Assembly: GCF_001194135.2 (NCBI RefSeq)
Contig: NC_068981.1
Location: 25,097,472-25,154,806, forward strand
Source of the DNA: Octopus bimaculoides
Taxonomy: Eukaryota
DNA: 57,335 nucleotides
Direction of reading: 5' to 3'
A model generated the notes under the pieces. It was not told where the DNA came from. It was given only the letters and a program-made list of their open reading frames with translations, and ran no database searches. Positions 33,620 to 46,692 of the stretch are shown here, piece by piece (the first letter of the stretch is position 1; every line of letters begins with the position of its first letter). A program made the translations under genes and the position numbers.

Positions 33620-33665
33620 AACACAACGTTTCGGCTGATATACCCTCCAGCCTTCATCAGGTATC
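33620..33665 (-). ncRNA. Minimal type-I hammerhead ribozyme motif with intact core
   Basis: gatac-CTGATGA-A-GGCTG-gagggtatat-CAGCC-GAAA-CG-TT-gtgtt; predicted cleavage after GUU; palindromic ACGU stem III. Lies in the tail of a Penelope-like element. Confidence 0.7.
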
Positions 33666-33717
33666 TTGGGGAAATTTTGAACCTGGGTTCTCATTCCTAA
33701 GGTGTTTTCCGATGTTG

Positions 33718-33780
<63 letters not shown>

Positions 33781-33781
<1 letters not shown>

Positions 33782-33854
33782 GGTCACTGCCTGGAATCGA
33801 ACTCGGAATCTTGGGATTAATAGGCTGCGCTCTTAACTACTACGTCATATGCCC
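33781..33854 (-). other. tRNA-like Pol III head embedded in the Penelope-like tail
   Basis: GGGCATATGACGTAGTAGTTAAGAGCGC...GAGTTCGATTCCAGGCAGTGACC (A-box-like and B-box-like), followed by (AAT)n. Confidence 0.7.
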
Positions 33855-34560
33855 GTGGGCAATTATCGGTTCCCATATGCTGTTCATATCTGCACTCAGT
33901 CTGCTTAGGAGGTTGTTGTGTCCTAGCATATGTGTTGCTTCTTTTAGTCTTCGTATTTTCCAGTGGTGTTCTCTGTCTATTATTTTAACTTCATCCCACA
34001 GGGGGAGGTGGTCTCCATTTTTCCATACATGATCAGCTATACCCAATTTATCAATATCTCTCCGTGTCACGGCTTTGCGATGTTCCTCTACCCTTATTTT
34101 GAGGGGACAGCATGTTTTGCTTTTTTTATAACCTACCACAGCTGCATGGGATGGAGTACACGCAGTTCTTCGTCATATTCTCTTCTGTTAGTGGTTTTAC
34201 TCGAAAGATATATTTGCGAATTGTTGTATTACTTTCGAATACTGTCCTGATGTCATATGGGCCGCATATTTTTTGTATCTTTTCGGAGAGGCCTTTCACA
34301 TAGGGTAGACAGAGTGTGAACAGTTTATCGGTTTCATCCCCTCCTTTCTTCACAATTGGAGTGGAGAGTATGCTTTTGGGGTAGTTGTTACTGAGCTTGA
34401 TCATTTCTTCGTGGTGTGTACACGATCGCTACTTATATTCATTGCTCGATGTTTTAGGCACTGAGCAATCCCTCTCTTTACACTGTATGGATGGTGGGAG
34501 TTGAAGCTGAGGTATCGTCTAGAGACAAGTATGGTTTACTTAAATCTTTGATATTTGGTC
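33855..34560 (-). mobile_element. Penelope-like element 3' fragment (RT thumb + GIY-YIG endonuclease), frameshifted
   Basis: Segments LSFNSHHPYSVKRGIAQCL, LPYVKGLSEKIQKI, CVYSIPCSCGRL, LKIRVEEHRKAV, IADHVWKNGDH and RRLKEATH. Confidence 0.9.
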
Positions 34561-34959
34561 ATTGGTACAATAACGCATAGTGGGGGAATTGTATTTGAAG
34601 ATGTATGAAAAATCAGCAGTAACTATATTATGATGGGAACATTGAGAAAGCTTTAATGAGCTTAGATTTTAAATAGAGACGGGGTTAAAATTTAAGGTTA
34701 AAATAAAATAAAATCAAGTAAAGTTATAGGCCGAATATAACTTTAAGTTGAATAAAAAAAAAATTCTTTTTTAATTAAACCATTAAATAGATTAAGGCTT
34801 AAAATTCAAAATTAAAAAAAATTAAATTAAAAATTTAAAACTGAAGTGAATTAAATTTAAAAATTAAAAGAACTTGAAAAATACTTCAAAGGTAATAATA
34901 GAAGAATAACAATAACAATAGCTTTTACTTCATTTAGAACTGCTGGTCCTCTTCCTGCA

Positions 34960-35640
34960 ACCTTTCTGTTCTTCTGGCATTAAATTCTGGTTGTCAAGAT
35001 GCTCGTAAATGCTTTCTGAAAGCATCTCTTTTAACAGCTTCCACACTAATGGTAAGCAAGTAATTGGTCTATAGTTGCTAGCTGTATTACCCTTGCTCTT
35101 ACATTCAGAAAAGTATTGCTCTCCCTCTAGTCATCCAATCTGGTATTATTCCTCCATTAAGATAACCCTGAAGTTGTTCCCTCAGCTTGCCATGTAAACT
35201 ACTAAATTTCTTTCGCAAGTAGCCTTGAACTAAATCTAGTTGTAGGCCCTTCCAGTTCGACATTTTTCCTAATACTTTATTCATTAATGATTTAGTTAGT
35301 CTTAGATCTGGTTGCTTCTCGCTCTCTATTTCTTCCCTCACTTTCTTTAACCTTACCGCATCTCCATTATGTTTCTCATCTTCAGTACATCGTTCTCCAC
35401 TATTTATTTGGTTATAAAATCTCCTCTGGTCTGTCTCAAATAATCTGTTGTTGATACTGATTATTCTTTTCTTATATCTGGAGAGCTTGCATTTTGCTAT
35501 TTATGGGGAGCATCCTACTCTCTGGCGGTCCTACCATATGAATTTTTGAATTTAATTTCTTATTGTATCTATTCCCTCTACAGTTCTAAATCCCACCTCC
35601 GCTACCCATCTGGTTGGAATTTGAATTAAGTTTTGTAGAT
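34960..35640 (-). mobile_element. R4/Dong-like non-LTR fragment (pre-RT region)
   Basis: NRLFETDQRRFYNQI and KMSNWKGLQLDLVQGYLRKKFSSLHGKLREQLQGYLNGGIIPDWMTRGRAIL resemble the R4-clade 'APGPD...W.KKF.SLH...P.W.T.GRT.LI' region. Confidence 0.75.
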
Positions 35641-36791
35641 TATTTGATGTCATTACTCTTACATGAATCTCCATGAGGGATATATAGGATTTTTCTGCTA
35701 TAACCAGCCTCCGTTAATGCCGTGTTGTAGTATCTCTTTACTCTTTACTCTTTTACCCTTTTACTTGCTTCAGTCATATGACTGCGGCCATGCTGGAGCA
35801 CCGCCTTTTGTCGAGCAAATCGACCCCAGGACTTATTCTTTGGATGCCTAAAACTTATTCTATCGGTCTCTTTTGCCGAACCGCTAAGTTACGCATATGA
35901 CTTTTTAAAGTTACGCTTATGACTTTTTAAAATTTTGCCATTTGCAGATAACCTGAAGACTCTAGTAGACAACCCCAATGGGAATGGAGTTTGTGATACT
36001 TTTTGGATGATCAAATTCTCTATTTACATATTAATGGTTTTGATTTTGCTTATGAAAAGGATGATATAATCCAGTGCTAAGACCGAGCGTGGTATCCAGA
36101 AAATTAGCTCTACTATACTCAGTCTCTATCTTAAGTCCTAATCCTTTAAATAATTATATGAGCTTCTTCTTATACTTCTCTAATATGCGTATGCTACAAT
36201 TCCTTTATTGTAAAGAATGCGTCGTCTCTGTACAATCCGCCCCTTGCTTCGGAATCTCTGCACCTAAGCATTATAAAATGTATCTGTCCCTTTTTCTATC
36301 GAATGATTTCCATCCGCTTTTCTTTCTATTTCTTCCTCACTTCCCTTCTTTCCTTCATTACACCTAGTCCTTTTCTTCCAAATCATCACTTCTTTTCCCC
36401 CTTCATCTTTATGTCCCTGACGAAAATAGTATCAACTTTTTAGGTAGTTCAATTTTTTTCTCAACCGATCAATGGACCGATTGAGTAGACCTATCAATAA
36501 CGAACCTATAGTGGCTACTGGAAACAGCTCTAAGGCAAATTTACTATAATAGAAAAAAATATCTAATGACCACTGTATATTTACAATATAGAATGGTTTA
36601 TAATTATAACGTCGGTCCCTGGCACATGAATATGCAGAGTTCTTTACTAATTTATTAATATTGTTAGTATTGTGTACGTTAGAGAGCTTATTAAATATTT
36701 TGCCCGTAATGATACTCCCTCATTAATAGCTCTGTTAAACACTTCATCATGGTTGCAGTCACATGACTAAAACAAATAAAAGAATAAAAGA

Positions 36792-36831
<40 letters not shown>

Positions 36832-38520
36832 ACATACATATACACGCATTCCTACATACATGCATACATAGATGTGTGTGTGTAGGTATTTATACATTCT
36901 TTCTCAGCAGTGTGTTAGTACAAGTCGACGTATGAGTAAAACGTTTTATTTTTCAGCACCACGGACTTTATCCATTGACATCATTCCTATATGACATTTA
37001 GGGAATTTACGAATCAAGCACAAAAACAGAGACACCGCCACGAAAAAATTTATTTATTTATAATAACTTTTCACGTTTGTAATCTAAGGAAAATGGCTTT
37101 ATAGATATGAAAAAAGAAAAGGCTTTATAGATATGAAAGAAAGAAAAGTAAGTATTCTGTTTTATTTACCAATATTAGTCGAGCATATGTATAATTCAGT
37201 CTATGGTGATTTTTAGATATCTATATATTATAGCTTCTAAGCAACTAAAGCTAATATCCTGCATCTCTGAAACACAAAAGTCCGGTTGACTGATTATCGA
37301 CATTCATTAACTCTCTAAGTACTTAGCTTACGACAATGCGTTCTTCAGGATTTTTTCGTTTTACTATGTATTTAGTATAACAGACATATCCTTTAACTAT
37401 TTCTTAAACGGATTGATTGGATGAATAAGGATTTCCATCTTTTAGTATTTAACAACTTATGACACATCGTTGATTGACGTTACCCAGTAGTTGTTGTTTC
37501 CTGGCAAAATACGTATTTAAAAAAATATAGAGTTGACTGATGCTATCCATTATCTATTTGCTATTCATTTTGCCAATCCTGAGATGATAAAAGAGACAAT
37601 ATTTCTTGGTACAAAATCGAAATCAAAGTCCGTTAGGTAATTGAAGAAATGTATATCGTTAGTTTTTTACGGGTTCTTACACTTGTAAAACCCTTTACAG
37701 AACATATATTTATTCTGTATGTTTATTGGAACCTTATTTTATGATGTCAACGCGATCTACTATAGTACAATCTTTGAATGTGATCCTGTTGTTTTTAATG
37801 TTTAACGCTGAATCGGCTCTTATCAATTAGACTTAGAATCAATGACATCAAAGCCTTGGTAGTCCTTACTTAATTTAAGTCGTAGTGTATCTAGGACTCC
37901 GTATTTCAGCATGACCTAACTTTTGAAAGCTAATGTTTTTGAAAGTGAGAGATATGGCAAATCTTTTTAGCAGGTCAAGCACTACCGAGATGATATGAGA
38001 TTGGCTCCTAAGATACAACGTAACTGTATTTTCCCTTGATCACATTAGTGCATTTCAAGTTTAAGTTACTACGTAATTAGGTATTATTTTATGTTGTAAG
38101 GCAGCGAGATGGTAGAAAAAATTGCTTAGCGGCATATCATTCATCTTTACGTTGAGAGTTCAAATTATGTAGAGGTCGGCTTTGCTTTTCATCCTTTGGC
38201 GTCGATAAAATAAGAAGCAGTTAAGCACTGAGAGTGGAGTGTCGATATAACTAAATTACCCACTCCTGTGAACTTGCTGGCCTTGTGCCAAAATTTGAAA
38301 CCAATATTGTTATATGTTGTATACAAATGGTCGAATTATTTTATTTCGATAAGTTACCATGTTATTAAATACTATTATTGTATATTTGATGTGCCTCTGT
38401 ATTCGCGTTATTACATTTTACGTCTTATCTAATAATAGGTTGTATGCATGATATGTAGTTATTACATATTTCTTGTATTTTTATTTCACACGATTCCGAA
38501 CATAATATCCATTATATTCT

Positions 38521-38895
38521 TTTACTTGCGTTAGTCATTGAACAGCGTTATGCTAGGGCACTACCTCAAACTGTTTAGTCGAACAAATCGATACCGATAT
38601 CTTTTATGCCTGGTACTTATTCTGTCGATCCTCTATGTCGAACTCCTAAGTTCGTCAACAAATCAGCTTGTTTTGGAGAAATGTGGGGGACAAACTGAAA
38701 GACAGGCATACACACCTAAATAAATACATATGTATGTACGTACAGGTTCCACGCGGGTCTCTTTCTACCAGATTCGCCCGAAAGGCTTTGGTTGGCTTGG
38801 GGCTATAGTAGAAAACACTTGTCGAAGGTTATACATAATGGAGCTGAACTTGATATCACATAGTTTCCAAGTAAACATAGTAGCCCAATCACGCA
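38521..38895 (-). mobile_element. Old tRNA/CORE-type SINE copy (another partial copy at 35765-35895)
   Basis: Colinear with 17069-17411. Confidence 0.65.
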
Positions 38896-40044
38896 TACGA
38901 TTGTATTGTGAAAATTATTTTATATGCGATAAATTTTACAAATTTTTCTTATCATATTACTATAGATTTTTGAAATACTATCTTTTCTTAAATATATCCT
39001 TCTCAGTAAATTCCCTGTATGTGTAAAAGACAGTACTAAGTACTTAAAAGCCTGACATATTTCATAACAAGAGTGGATGGAAATGTGCAGAGATATATTT
39101 TTAACAGTGCTGTTTAAAATGCTTATGCACTTTTGGCAATTGGATAAAGTACATACTGACGCAATGGGTTTTCTAAACGGTGAAAGAGAGAGAGAGAGAG
39201 AGAGAGTGAGGGACAGAGAAAAAGAAAGAGAGACAAAGTAAAAGAGAAAAAAAGGAAAGGGAAGGAGGAGTGAGAGATCACTGTGAATGTTGTAAGTTGA
39301 TAGTTTCATCGTGATCAACGAATTCTTGGATTACACTTTATAAGCATCAATATTAATATATTACTTTATACACACACACACACAAACACACACACACACT
39401 CGCAAAGCAAAAGAAAGTTAAAGTCATGATAATTGAAAAGAATGTGGAGTGTTTATTCATATAATATGAGTAATTCTTAAATGCAAATATTATAAGCCGA
39501 CATTAAATATGTAATTGGTTTTCTGCGAAAACATACATGAGTAAGCACACCGCATTCCTTTCAAGTTGTTAAATGAGATATGGATTGTGCAGGGCAGCTT
39601 CAAGTTTCATAGCATTATCTTGTCTCAACAAAAAGATTCTCATTTCCTATTTTCGATTTCGTCTTGTGATAATTTTCTCTGGTTGTGTTTTAATTATTTT
39701 TTTTTTCTGCTATTCCCATTTTATCTAGCCTTCTTCTATTTTCTATGTCAACTGGAGGAAAAGTTCTTTTCTTTCTTACAAATCGCTTCTCTTCTAGTGA
39801 TTTTGAATTTGCTTTAAAAAAGTTTAAACCTGAAACAGTGTTGAAACAAATGTTATATTTGAGAAGAATCTAAGGTAGTGAACTGGCTGAATCATTAATA
39901 CGACGAGCAAAATGCTTAGCTGCATTTCGTTCATCTTTGAGTCTTAAGTTCTAATTCCGCTGAGGTCGATGTAATCAAGTTTCTCATTCGCCCTATATTG
40001 CAGGCCTTGTACCAAAATTTGAAACCAATATTAATCCTAAATAA

Positions 40045-40256
40045 GGCCGCGAGCTGGGAGAATCGCTAGCACGCCGGAGAAAGTGCTTTCTGGCATTTCG
40101 TCCGTCTTTACTTTCTGAATTCAAATTCCACCGAAGTTGACATTATCTTTCATTCTTTCACTAAAGTAGTTACCTGCCATGTACTGGGTCGTTGTAATCG
40201 ACTAGCCCCCGCCTCATCCAAAATTTCAGGCCTTGTGCCTATAGTAGAAAGGATAT
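40045..40256 (+). mobile_element. tRNA-derived SINE family 1
   Basis: ggccgcgagctgggagaatcgctagcacgccgg ... ggccttgtgcctatagtagaaagga. Confidence 0.85.
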
Positions 40257-40489
40257 TTGGGAAGAGTCTTAATTGATAAAGACTATGAACTCACTCACCG
40301 ATTGTAGCTTGTTTATAGTTCACTTCACTTTCTTTTTTTAAACTGCCCCCTAAAATATTATTCACTACAACAAACTGTAGCTTTCTCAATGTGTATACAT
40401 GTCCTCTTTTAAATGCTTGGTTTTTCAGCTTAAGGCTAATTTTGGATCTAATCTGGAGCCTGGACACTACCATTTGGAATTCTGAAACT

Positions 40490-40715
40490 CCTAGAGCCGA
40501 TTACTCGGTTTCCATAGTGTATTAGTGACCGAGATCATAACACATTCCCTAAACCGGACGCCACCCCGCCGCAGGGTTACTCACAGCTGAGTGGATTGAG
40601 GCCGCATGAAATGAAGTTATTTGCTTAAGAACACAGCACAGCGCCGGCCTGTGTATCGACACTACGACCATGATATCGTATGTGCAACATCCTATCCATT
40701 AGGCCATGCGCTTTC
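40490..40715 (-). mobile_element. tRNA-headed CORE-like SINE (same family as 51419-51680)
   Basis: Reverse strand: gcgcatggcctaatggatagg...tgtgttcttaagcaaataacttcatttcat...ccactcagctg. Confidence 0.7.
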
Positions 40716-41055
40716 ATTTTTTTCTAAGCTACTTTCTTCTATTTCTTGTTGCAAGGGATTACCTCTTTCACGTGAAACTTCACTTCATTTTCTCAGTTAA
40801 TAATGCACCACCTTTTACACGTTTTTAAAAAATTGTTTCTTCTGACAGTATTTAATTCATATGCACCTTCCTGTAAAAGACCGCTTCCTGCGTTGGGAGA
40901 CCTGCAGTTCTTGCTGTCTCGCTTGAACATGTCTACTCACCACTCTGAATTCAATTCTACCCGGGATTACATGTATGTATACGACGAATTTTCAGTTTCA
41001 GTTAACCAAATTTATTACTAGACATTATTCGGTCTGGTGCTATAGTATAAGTTGT

Positions 41056-41437
41056 GGAGGCGCAATGGCCCACTTGTTAGGGCAGCGGATTCGCGGTCAT
41101 AGGATCGCGGTTTCGATTCCCAGACCGGGCGTTGTGAGTGTTTATTGAGCGAAAACACCTAAAGCTCCACGAGGCTCCGGCAAGGGATGGTGGTGAACTC
41201 TGCTGTACTCTTTCACCACAACTTTCTCTCACTCTTACTTCCTGTTTCTGTTGTGCCCGTAATTCAAAGGGTCAGCCTTGTCACACTGTATCACGCTGAA
41301 TATCCCCGAGAACTACGTTAAGGACACACGTGTCTGTTGAGTGCGCAGCCACTTGCACGTTAATTTCACGAGCAGGCTGTTCCGTGGATCGGATCAACTG
41401 GAACCCTCGACGTCGTAAGCGACGGAGCGCCAACACA
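41056..41437 (+). mobile_element. tRNA-headed SINE, distinct family
   Basis: A-box-like TGGCCCACTTGTT and B-box-like GGTTTCGATTCCC, followed by a 300-bp non-tRNA body. Confidence 0.8.
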
Positions 41438-42084
41438 TAGTGTAAGTTACTTTCCAAAGGTGTCGCGCAGTGGACTGAACACAAACCCACATGATTATGA
41501 AGCGAAATTCTTCTCCACAGCAATATGCCTTCGCTTGTAGGAATGAATCAGAATATGTTCATAATGACTTTACTACACCACTACATTATTGTCTCTACAA
41601 AGTAAAAAAATAAAACAGGCAATCTCAACCGTTTATTGTTTTACTAAAATGTTGTGATACTATATCTCATATAATGAGCAACTTCCTTATATTACAGAAA
41701 AATTGTCAAAGTATGGCTGTTTCCTTCCGCATTCACAGTTATAATGCTTCTACTTACACTCCTGTTTGACATATATTTGTATATTGTTTCTCTCGCGGCC
41801 TTTCTCTACTATTAATGACATTTATCCTTTCTCCTCTCGACTAAAACATTGATAAATATATAACAAACACACTTTGTATTTTCTTTTATACATTAGTTGA
41901 CTCTGCTCTTTATCTTAGAATGAATAATAAACGCTATCAGACCACCAATATTGTTATGCGTTCATACATACAACCACACAGACGCGTATGCACGCACACG
42001 CATAAATACACATACACATATACGCACAAACATAAATACATACACAAATACATGCAAAAATACACTGTTGATGTTGAAATCTAG

Positions 42085-42500
42085 GTTAGAAACCGGATCT
42101 TTCTCTCTTGGCGAGAAATCTTGAAATAAAACTAAATAAAGACATACATACATACATACATATATACATGCATACATATGAACAAAGGGGCAGAGGTATG
42201 TACCACCATAGAAGTCAGCTGGCCTGCAGATATGAATATAACTTTGAAAACCAAAGAAAAAGATGATATCTATGGACAACTACCTCGAAACCTCCAGCTT
42301 CTGTTTCCAGATTACGAATTCCTATTCATACAAATAATAATTGAAGCACTAGGTTTTGTTAGTAAACATTTAAATGAGAATCTGGATAAACTGGGATTTT
42401 CAGAAAGAGAAATCGATCGGCTGATTCATATATTGCAAGTGGAATCTGTAAGTGGAACAGTAAAAACATACAAGATTTTTCTCAAATCCGAAATGTGAAA
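42085..42500 (+). mobile_element. 3' end of a non-LTR retrotransposon with restriction-like endonuclease (R2/R4/NeSL-type)
   Basis: IEVSWPADMNITLKTKEKDDIYGQL...IQIIIEALGFVSKHLNENLDKLGF resembles the REL 'IDV..P...K.KY...PIIIGALG' end. Confidence 0.65.
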
Positions 42501-43468
42501 TTGTCTGTGTTAACTACATCTCAGAGATGGAGCCTTGTATCTTTGTTGGAAACCTGCTTGGCTCCCTCCTCAGTGGAACATTTATAATAATTAAAAACGG
42601 AAGAGGCATACATACATACACCCACCCACCCACCNNNNNNNNNNNNNNNNNNNNNNNNNNNNNNNNNNNNNNNNNNNNNNNNNNNNNNNNNNNNNNNNNN
42701 NNNNNNNNNNNNNNNNNNNNNNNNNNNNNNNNNNNNNNNNNNNNNNNNNNNNNNNNNNNNNNNNNNNNNNNNNNNNNNNNNNNNNNNNNNNNNNNNNNNN
42801 NNNNNNNNNNNNNNNNNNNNNNNNNNNNNNNNNNNNNNNNNNNNNNNNNNNNNNNNNNNNNNNNNNNNNNNNNNNNNNNNNNNNNNNNNNNNNNNNNNNN
42901 NNNNNNNNNNNNNNNNNNNNNNNNNNNNNNNNNNNNNNNNNNNNNNNNNNNNNNNNNNNNNNNNNNNNNNNNNNNNNNNNNNNNNNNNNNNNNNNNNNNN
43001 NNNNNNNNNNNNNNNNNNNNNNNNNNNNNNNNNNNNNNNNNNNNNNNNNNNNNNNNNNNNNNNNNNNNNNNNNNNNNNNNNNNNNNNNNNNNNNNNNNNN
43101 NNNNNNNNNNNNNNNNNNNNNNNNNNNNNNNNNNNNNNNNNNNNNNNNNNNNNNNNNNNNNNNNNNNNNNNNNNNNNNNNNNNNNNNNNNNNNNNNNNNN
43201 NNNNNNNNNNNNNNNNNNNNNNNNNNNNNNNNNNNNNNNNNNNNNNNNNNNNNNNNNNNNNNNNNNNNNNNNNNNNNNNNNNNNNNATCAAAGGCAAATT
43301 GAAATTAATAAAAATTTTCGCTTCCAAGTACACCAGCGTATAAAAGTTTCGTCCAAAGACTATGAATTACACTTAAGGTATAATGTATATTTAAATACAT
43401 AAGAGGAATCCACTCATGGGATCCCTTACGCTAGAAAGAACTGTTAAGTTCTAGAACACACACATACA

Positions 43469-43536
<68 letters not shown>

Positions 43537-43823
43537 TCTAGGAAGGAATCTATAAATATTTAATACATTGCTACGTACGTTTTCACAAAACTCATGATTT
43601 TGACATGAGAGTTGGTATCCTTGGAATTAATACAGTGTAGTCCGTATTATCCCTGGGCATCCGGTCGATCATCATCATTGATTGGCCTTCATACTGCAAG
43701 AAGGGGATAAACATTCCTCTGTGATTCATCCAATAATGCAGTATCACTGCTGAAATGAATCAATGAGGATGATCAACAGGATGCCCACGGATAATACGGA
43801 CTATACTTTATTAAATCAAAAGG

Positions 43824-43873
43824 ATACCGACTCTGATGTCGAAATCACATGATTTCGACATCAGAGCCGGTAT
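43824..43873. repeat. Short perfect hairpin (17-bp core stem)
   Basis: ctctgatgtcgaaatca-ca-tgatttcgacatcagag, extended by taccg/cggta. Confidence 0.85.
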
Positions 43874-44087
43874 ACTTATTGGGCCTGAATCCGGAATCAT
43901 GTCGTAGTAAACTGCTTACTACACAGCGATGCTAGCGTATAAACCAGGTAGTATGCCGAATAAAACACGGTCATTGTCTATGGCTGCATCATGTCATCCA
44001 CAGTATTGATATAAATGCTAGTGGATCTACCTCAGTAATTCCTTAGCTTCGAATTCGGAACCGAAAATCCTATAGGCATTACTATTT

Positions 44088-46043
44088 TTATGCTGGCTGA
44101 ATCGTTAGCACGCCGGGGAAAATGGGCATCTCTTTCATATCATACTTACGGCACACACAATTACAGGAGCAGTTCTTTTGTATTTCGATTTTCAGGTCCT
44201 TATATTTACTTAATTTGTCAAATTGCTTTACAGATATATATTTGTCAGTGAGAATACTTACGTCTATCAATTTACAAGTATTTTCTTTCTTGTCTTTAAT
44301 GACTGTCTGATCGATTGGCCTTGATTGATCTGTCGGTATTGACTGGAAAATCCCAGAGGATAATGACATCTTTACCTTCAGCGACTGGCTCAAGATGATG
44401 TTCATACCTGTAAGCAGAAGTGCTGATATTTCCAATGTAAATACTGTCCTACCCTATCGTGGCGACTTTTGTATTTGTTTGGTGTCAGTACAGGACATCT
44501 CGAGACAAGATGGAGTATTGCTTCATTAAATTTATAGCAGAATCTGCATTTAGGGTCAGAACCGTTTCGAAGAACGATAGCCTGGTAGTTTTGGTAAGTA
44601 AGCTTTAATCTTGTGTCGTCAATATGAAACCTTTAGTCTCTGCTTTCAGCCCTGAGCTTCTCAGCTACCTCGAGACTGGATGGTCTATTGCTTCGTCAAA
44701 TGCATCACAGAATCTGCATTTAGAGTCAGAACCGTTTTGAAGAAAATTAGCCTGGTAGTTTTTGGTTGGCAAGCTTTAATCTTGTGTCGTCAATATGAAA
44801 CCTTTAGTCTCTGCTTTCAGCCCTGAGCTTCTCAGTCNNNNNNNNNNNNNNNNNNNNNNNNNNNNNNNNNNNNNNNNNNNNNNNNNNNNNNNNNNNNNNN
44901 NNNNNNNNNNNNNNNNNNNNNNNNNNNNNNNNNNNNNNNNNNNNNNNNNNNNNNNNNNNNNNNNNNNNNNNNNNNNNNNNNNNNNNNNNNNNNNNNNNNN
45001 NNNNNNNNNNNNNNNNNNNNNNNNNNNNNNNNNNNNNNNNNNNNNNNNNNNNNNNNNNNNNNNNNNNNNNNNNNNNNNNNNNNNNNNNNNNNNNNNNNNN
45101 NNNNNNNNNNNNNNNNNNNNNNNNNNNNNNNNNNNNNNNNNNNNNNNNNNNNNNNNNNNNNNNNNNNNNNNNNNNNNNNNNNNNNNNNNNNNNNNNNNNN
45201 NNNNNNNNNNNNNNNNNNNNNNNNNNNNNNNNNNNNNNNNNNNNNNNNNNNNNNNNNNNNNNNNNNNNNNNNNNNNNNNNNNNNNNNNNNNNNNNNNNNN
45301 NNNNNNNNNNNNNNNNNNNNNNNNNNNNNNNNNNNNNNNNNNNNNNNNNNNNNNNNNNNNNNNNNNNNNNNNNNNNNNNNNNNNNNNNNNNNNNNNNNNN
45401 NNNNNNNNNNNNNNNNNNNNNNNNNNNNNNNNNNNNNNNNNNNNNNNNNNNNNNNNNNNNNNNNNNNNNNNNNNNNNNNNNNNNNNNNNNNNNNNNNNNN
45501 NNNNNNNNNTGGTAGTTTTTGGTTGGCAAGCTTTAATCTTGTGTCGTCAATATGAAACCTTTAGTCTCTGCTTTCAGCCCTGAGCTTCTCAGCTACCTCG
45601 AGAGTGGATGGTCTATTGCTTCGTCAAATGCATCACAGAATCTGCATTTAGAGTCAGAACCGTTTTGAAGAAAATTAGCCTGGTAGTTTTTGGTTGGCAA
45701 GCTTTAATCTTGTGTCGTCAATATGAAACCTTTAGTCTCTGCTTTCAGCCCTGAGCTTCTCAGTCATTGATGGGTTGTTGCTTAGTCTACATCAGCATTT
45801 TGGCGTCGAAGTATATACTGTCTGTGTAGAGGCTTCTGGCCTCGCTGCTCCTCAATTTGTTTCTGCCCGTTCTTTTCTGCAGTCTATTTGATCCGTTTTG
45901 CTTGTTTGGTGGTAGTGGTTTCAAGTTATTCATCTAATTCAGGGTTAATGCTAAGTTTCCTTGCGAATTTACAAGCTTCCTTGGCAATAGAATGTGACTT
46001 TTGCTGTTTTTCCTGTTTGCACACAAGCCGTAGCATCCAATCC

Positions 46044-46050
<7 letters not shown>
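44088..46050 (-). mobile_element. R4/Dong-like element 3' part: post-RT region, CCHC zinc knuckle, REL endonuclease
   Basis: LRSSGLKAETKGFIL, KCRFCYKFNEAILHLVSRCP, RHDRVGQYLHWK, and IKDKKENTCKLIDVSI...KLSKYKDLKIEI. Confidence 0.88.
44500..45766. repeat. 171-bp (57-codon) tandem repeat inside the R4-like element, spanning an N-gap
   Basis: ctggtagttt recurs at 44582 and 44752, and tggtag at 45510 and 45681; the copies differ at a few sites. Confidence 0.85.
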
Positions 46051-46077
<27 letters not shown>

Positions 46078-46622
46078 GAGTGAGAAAGCCGTGCATGCTA
46101 TCAAAGTGACGCTGGGGTAAAATATACGAAGCCCATTATACCCATCATGACTACCCGTCTGATAAGGGTACACCAGGCACATGCATCACAACCATATGAG
46201 CGCGACATGGTTATCTCATATCAAGACAAACAGCGCATGACCTCGCAGGTGGGACCCAGTTAGAATTTTCTTCTGGTCGAGTAGCCCATCCCTCTCAAAA
46301 GGTCCCTGAATAAGGTTTGTTTAAGGATGTTGAGCAAAACACCCATGTTTCCACAGGTGAATTATTCAAACCCCAAAGAATTCCTCTCAACACATGGCTA
46401 TGATGCTCCTCCACTATTTCTGCTCATGATCAGAGATGCACATATCGTCAGCCACCAAGGGACATGCTCAACTGGTTAAGGTCAAACAACTGACAAACAA
46501 ATCTGTGATATTAAGCAGAATATTTGCTGTAGCCCATCTTTTAGACCAAGACAAAACAATGTACATGATAACACTTCCAATCAATTAAGATCAGAAGCCA
46601 TGAGAGCCACTGCCTGGTACTG

Positions 46623-46625
<3 letters not shown>
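46078..46625 (-). repeat. Non-coding element of about 550 bp, flanked by (AAT)n on both sides
   Basis: Bounded by TAA arrays; partial second copy at 24605-24762; no ORF or tRNA head recognised. Confidence 0.7.

Positions 46626-46689
<64 letters not shown>

Positions 46690-46692
<3 letters not shown>

Noticed and set aside
44640-45766. Pure contig-overlap artefact explanation for the 171-bp repeats
   Set aside because: More than one unit is present on each side of the gap, and the flanking copies differ (gagactgg versus gagagtgg; cagcctg versus cagccctg). Total copy number remains unknown.
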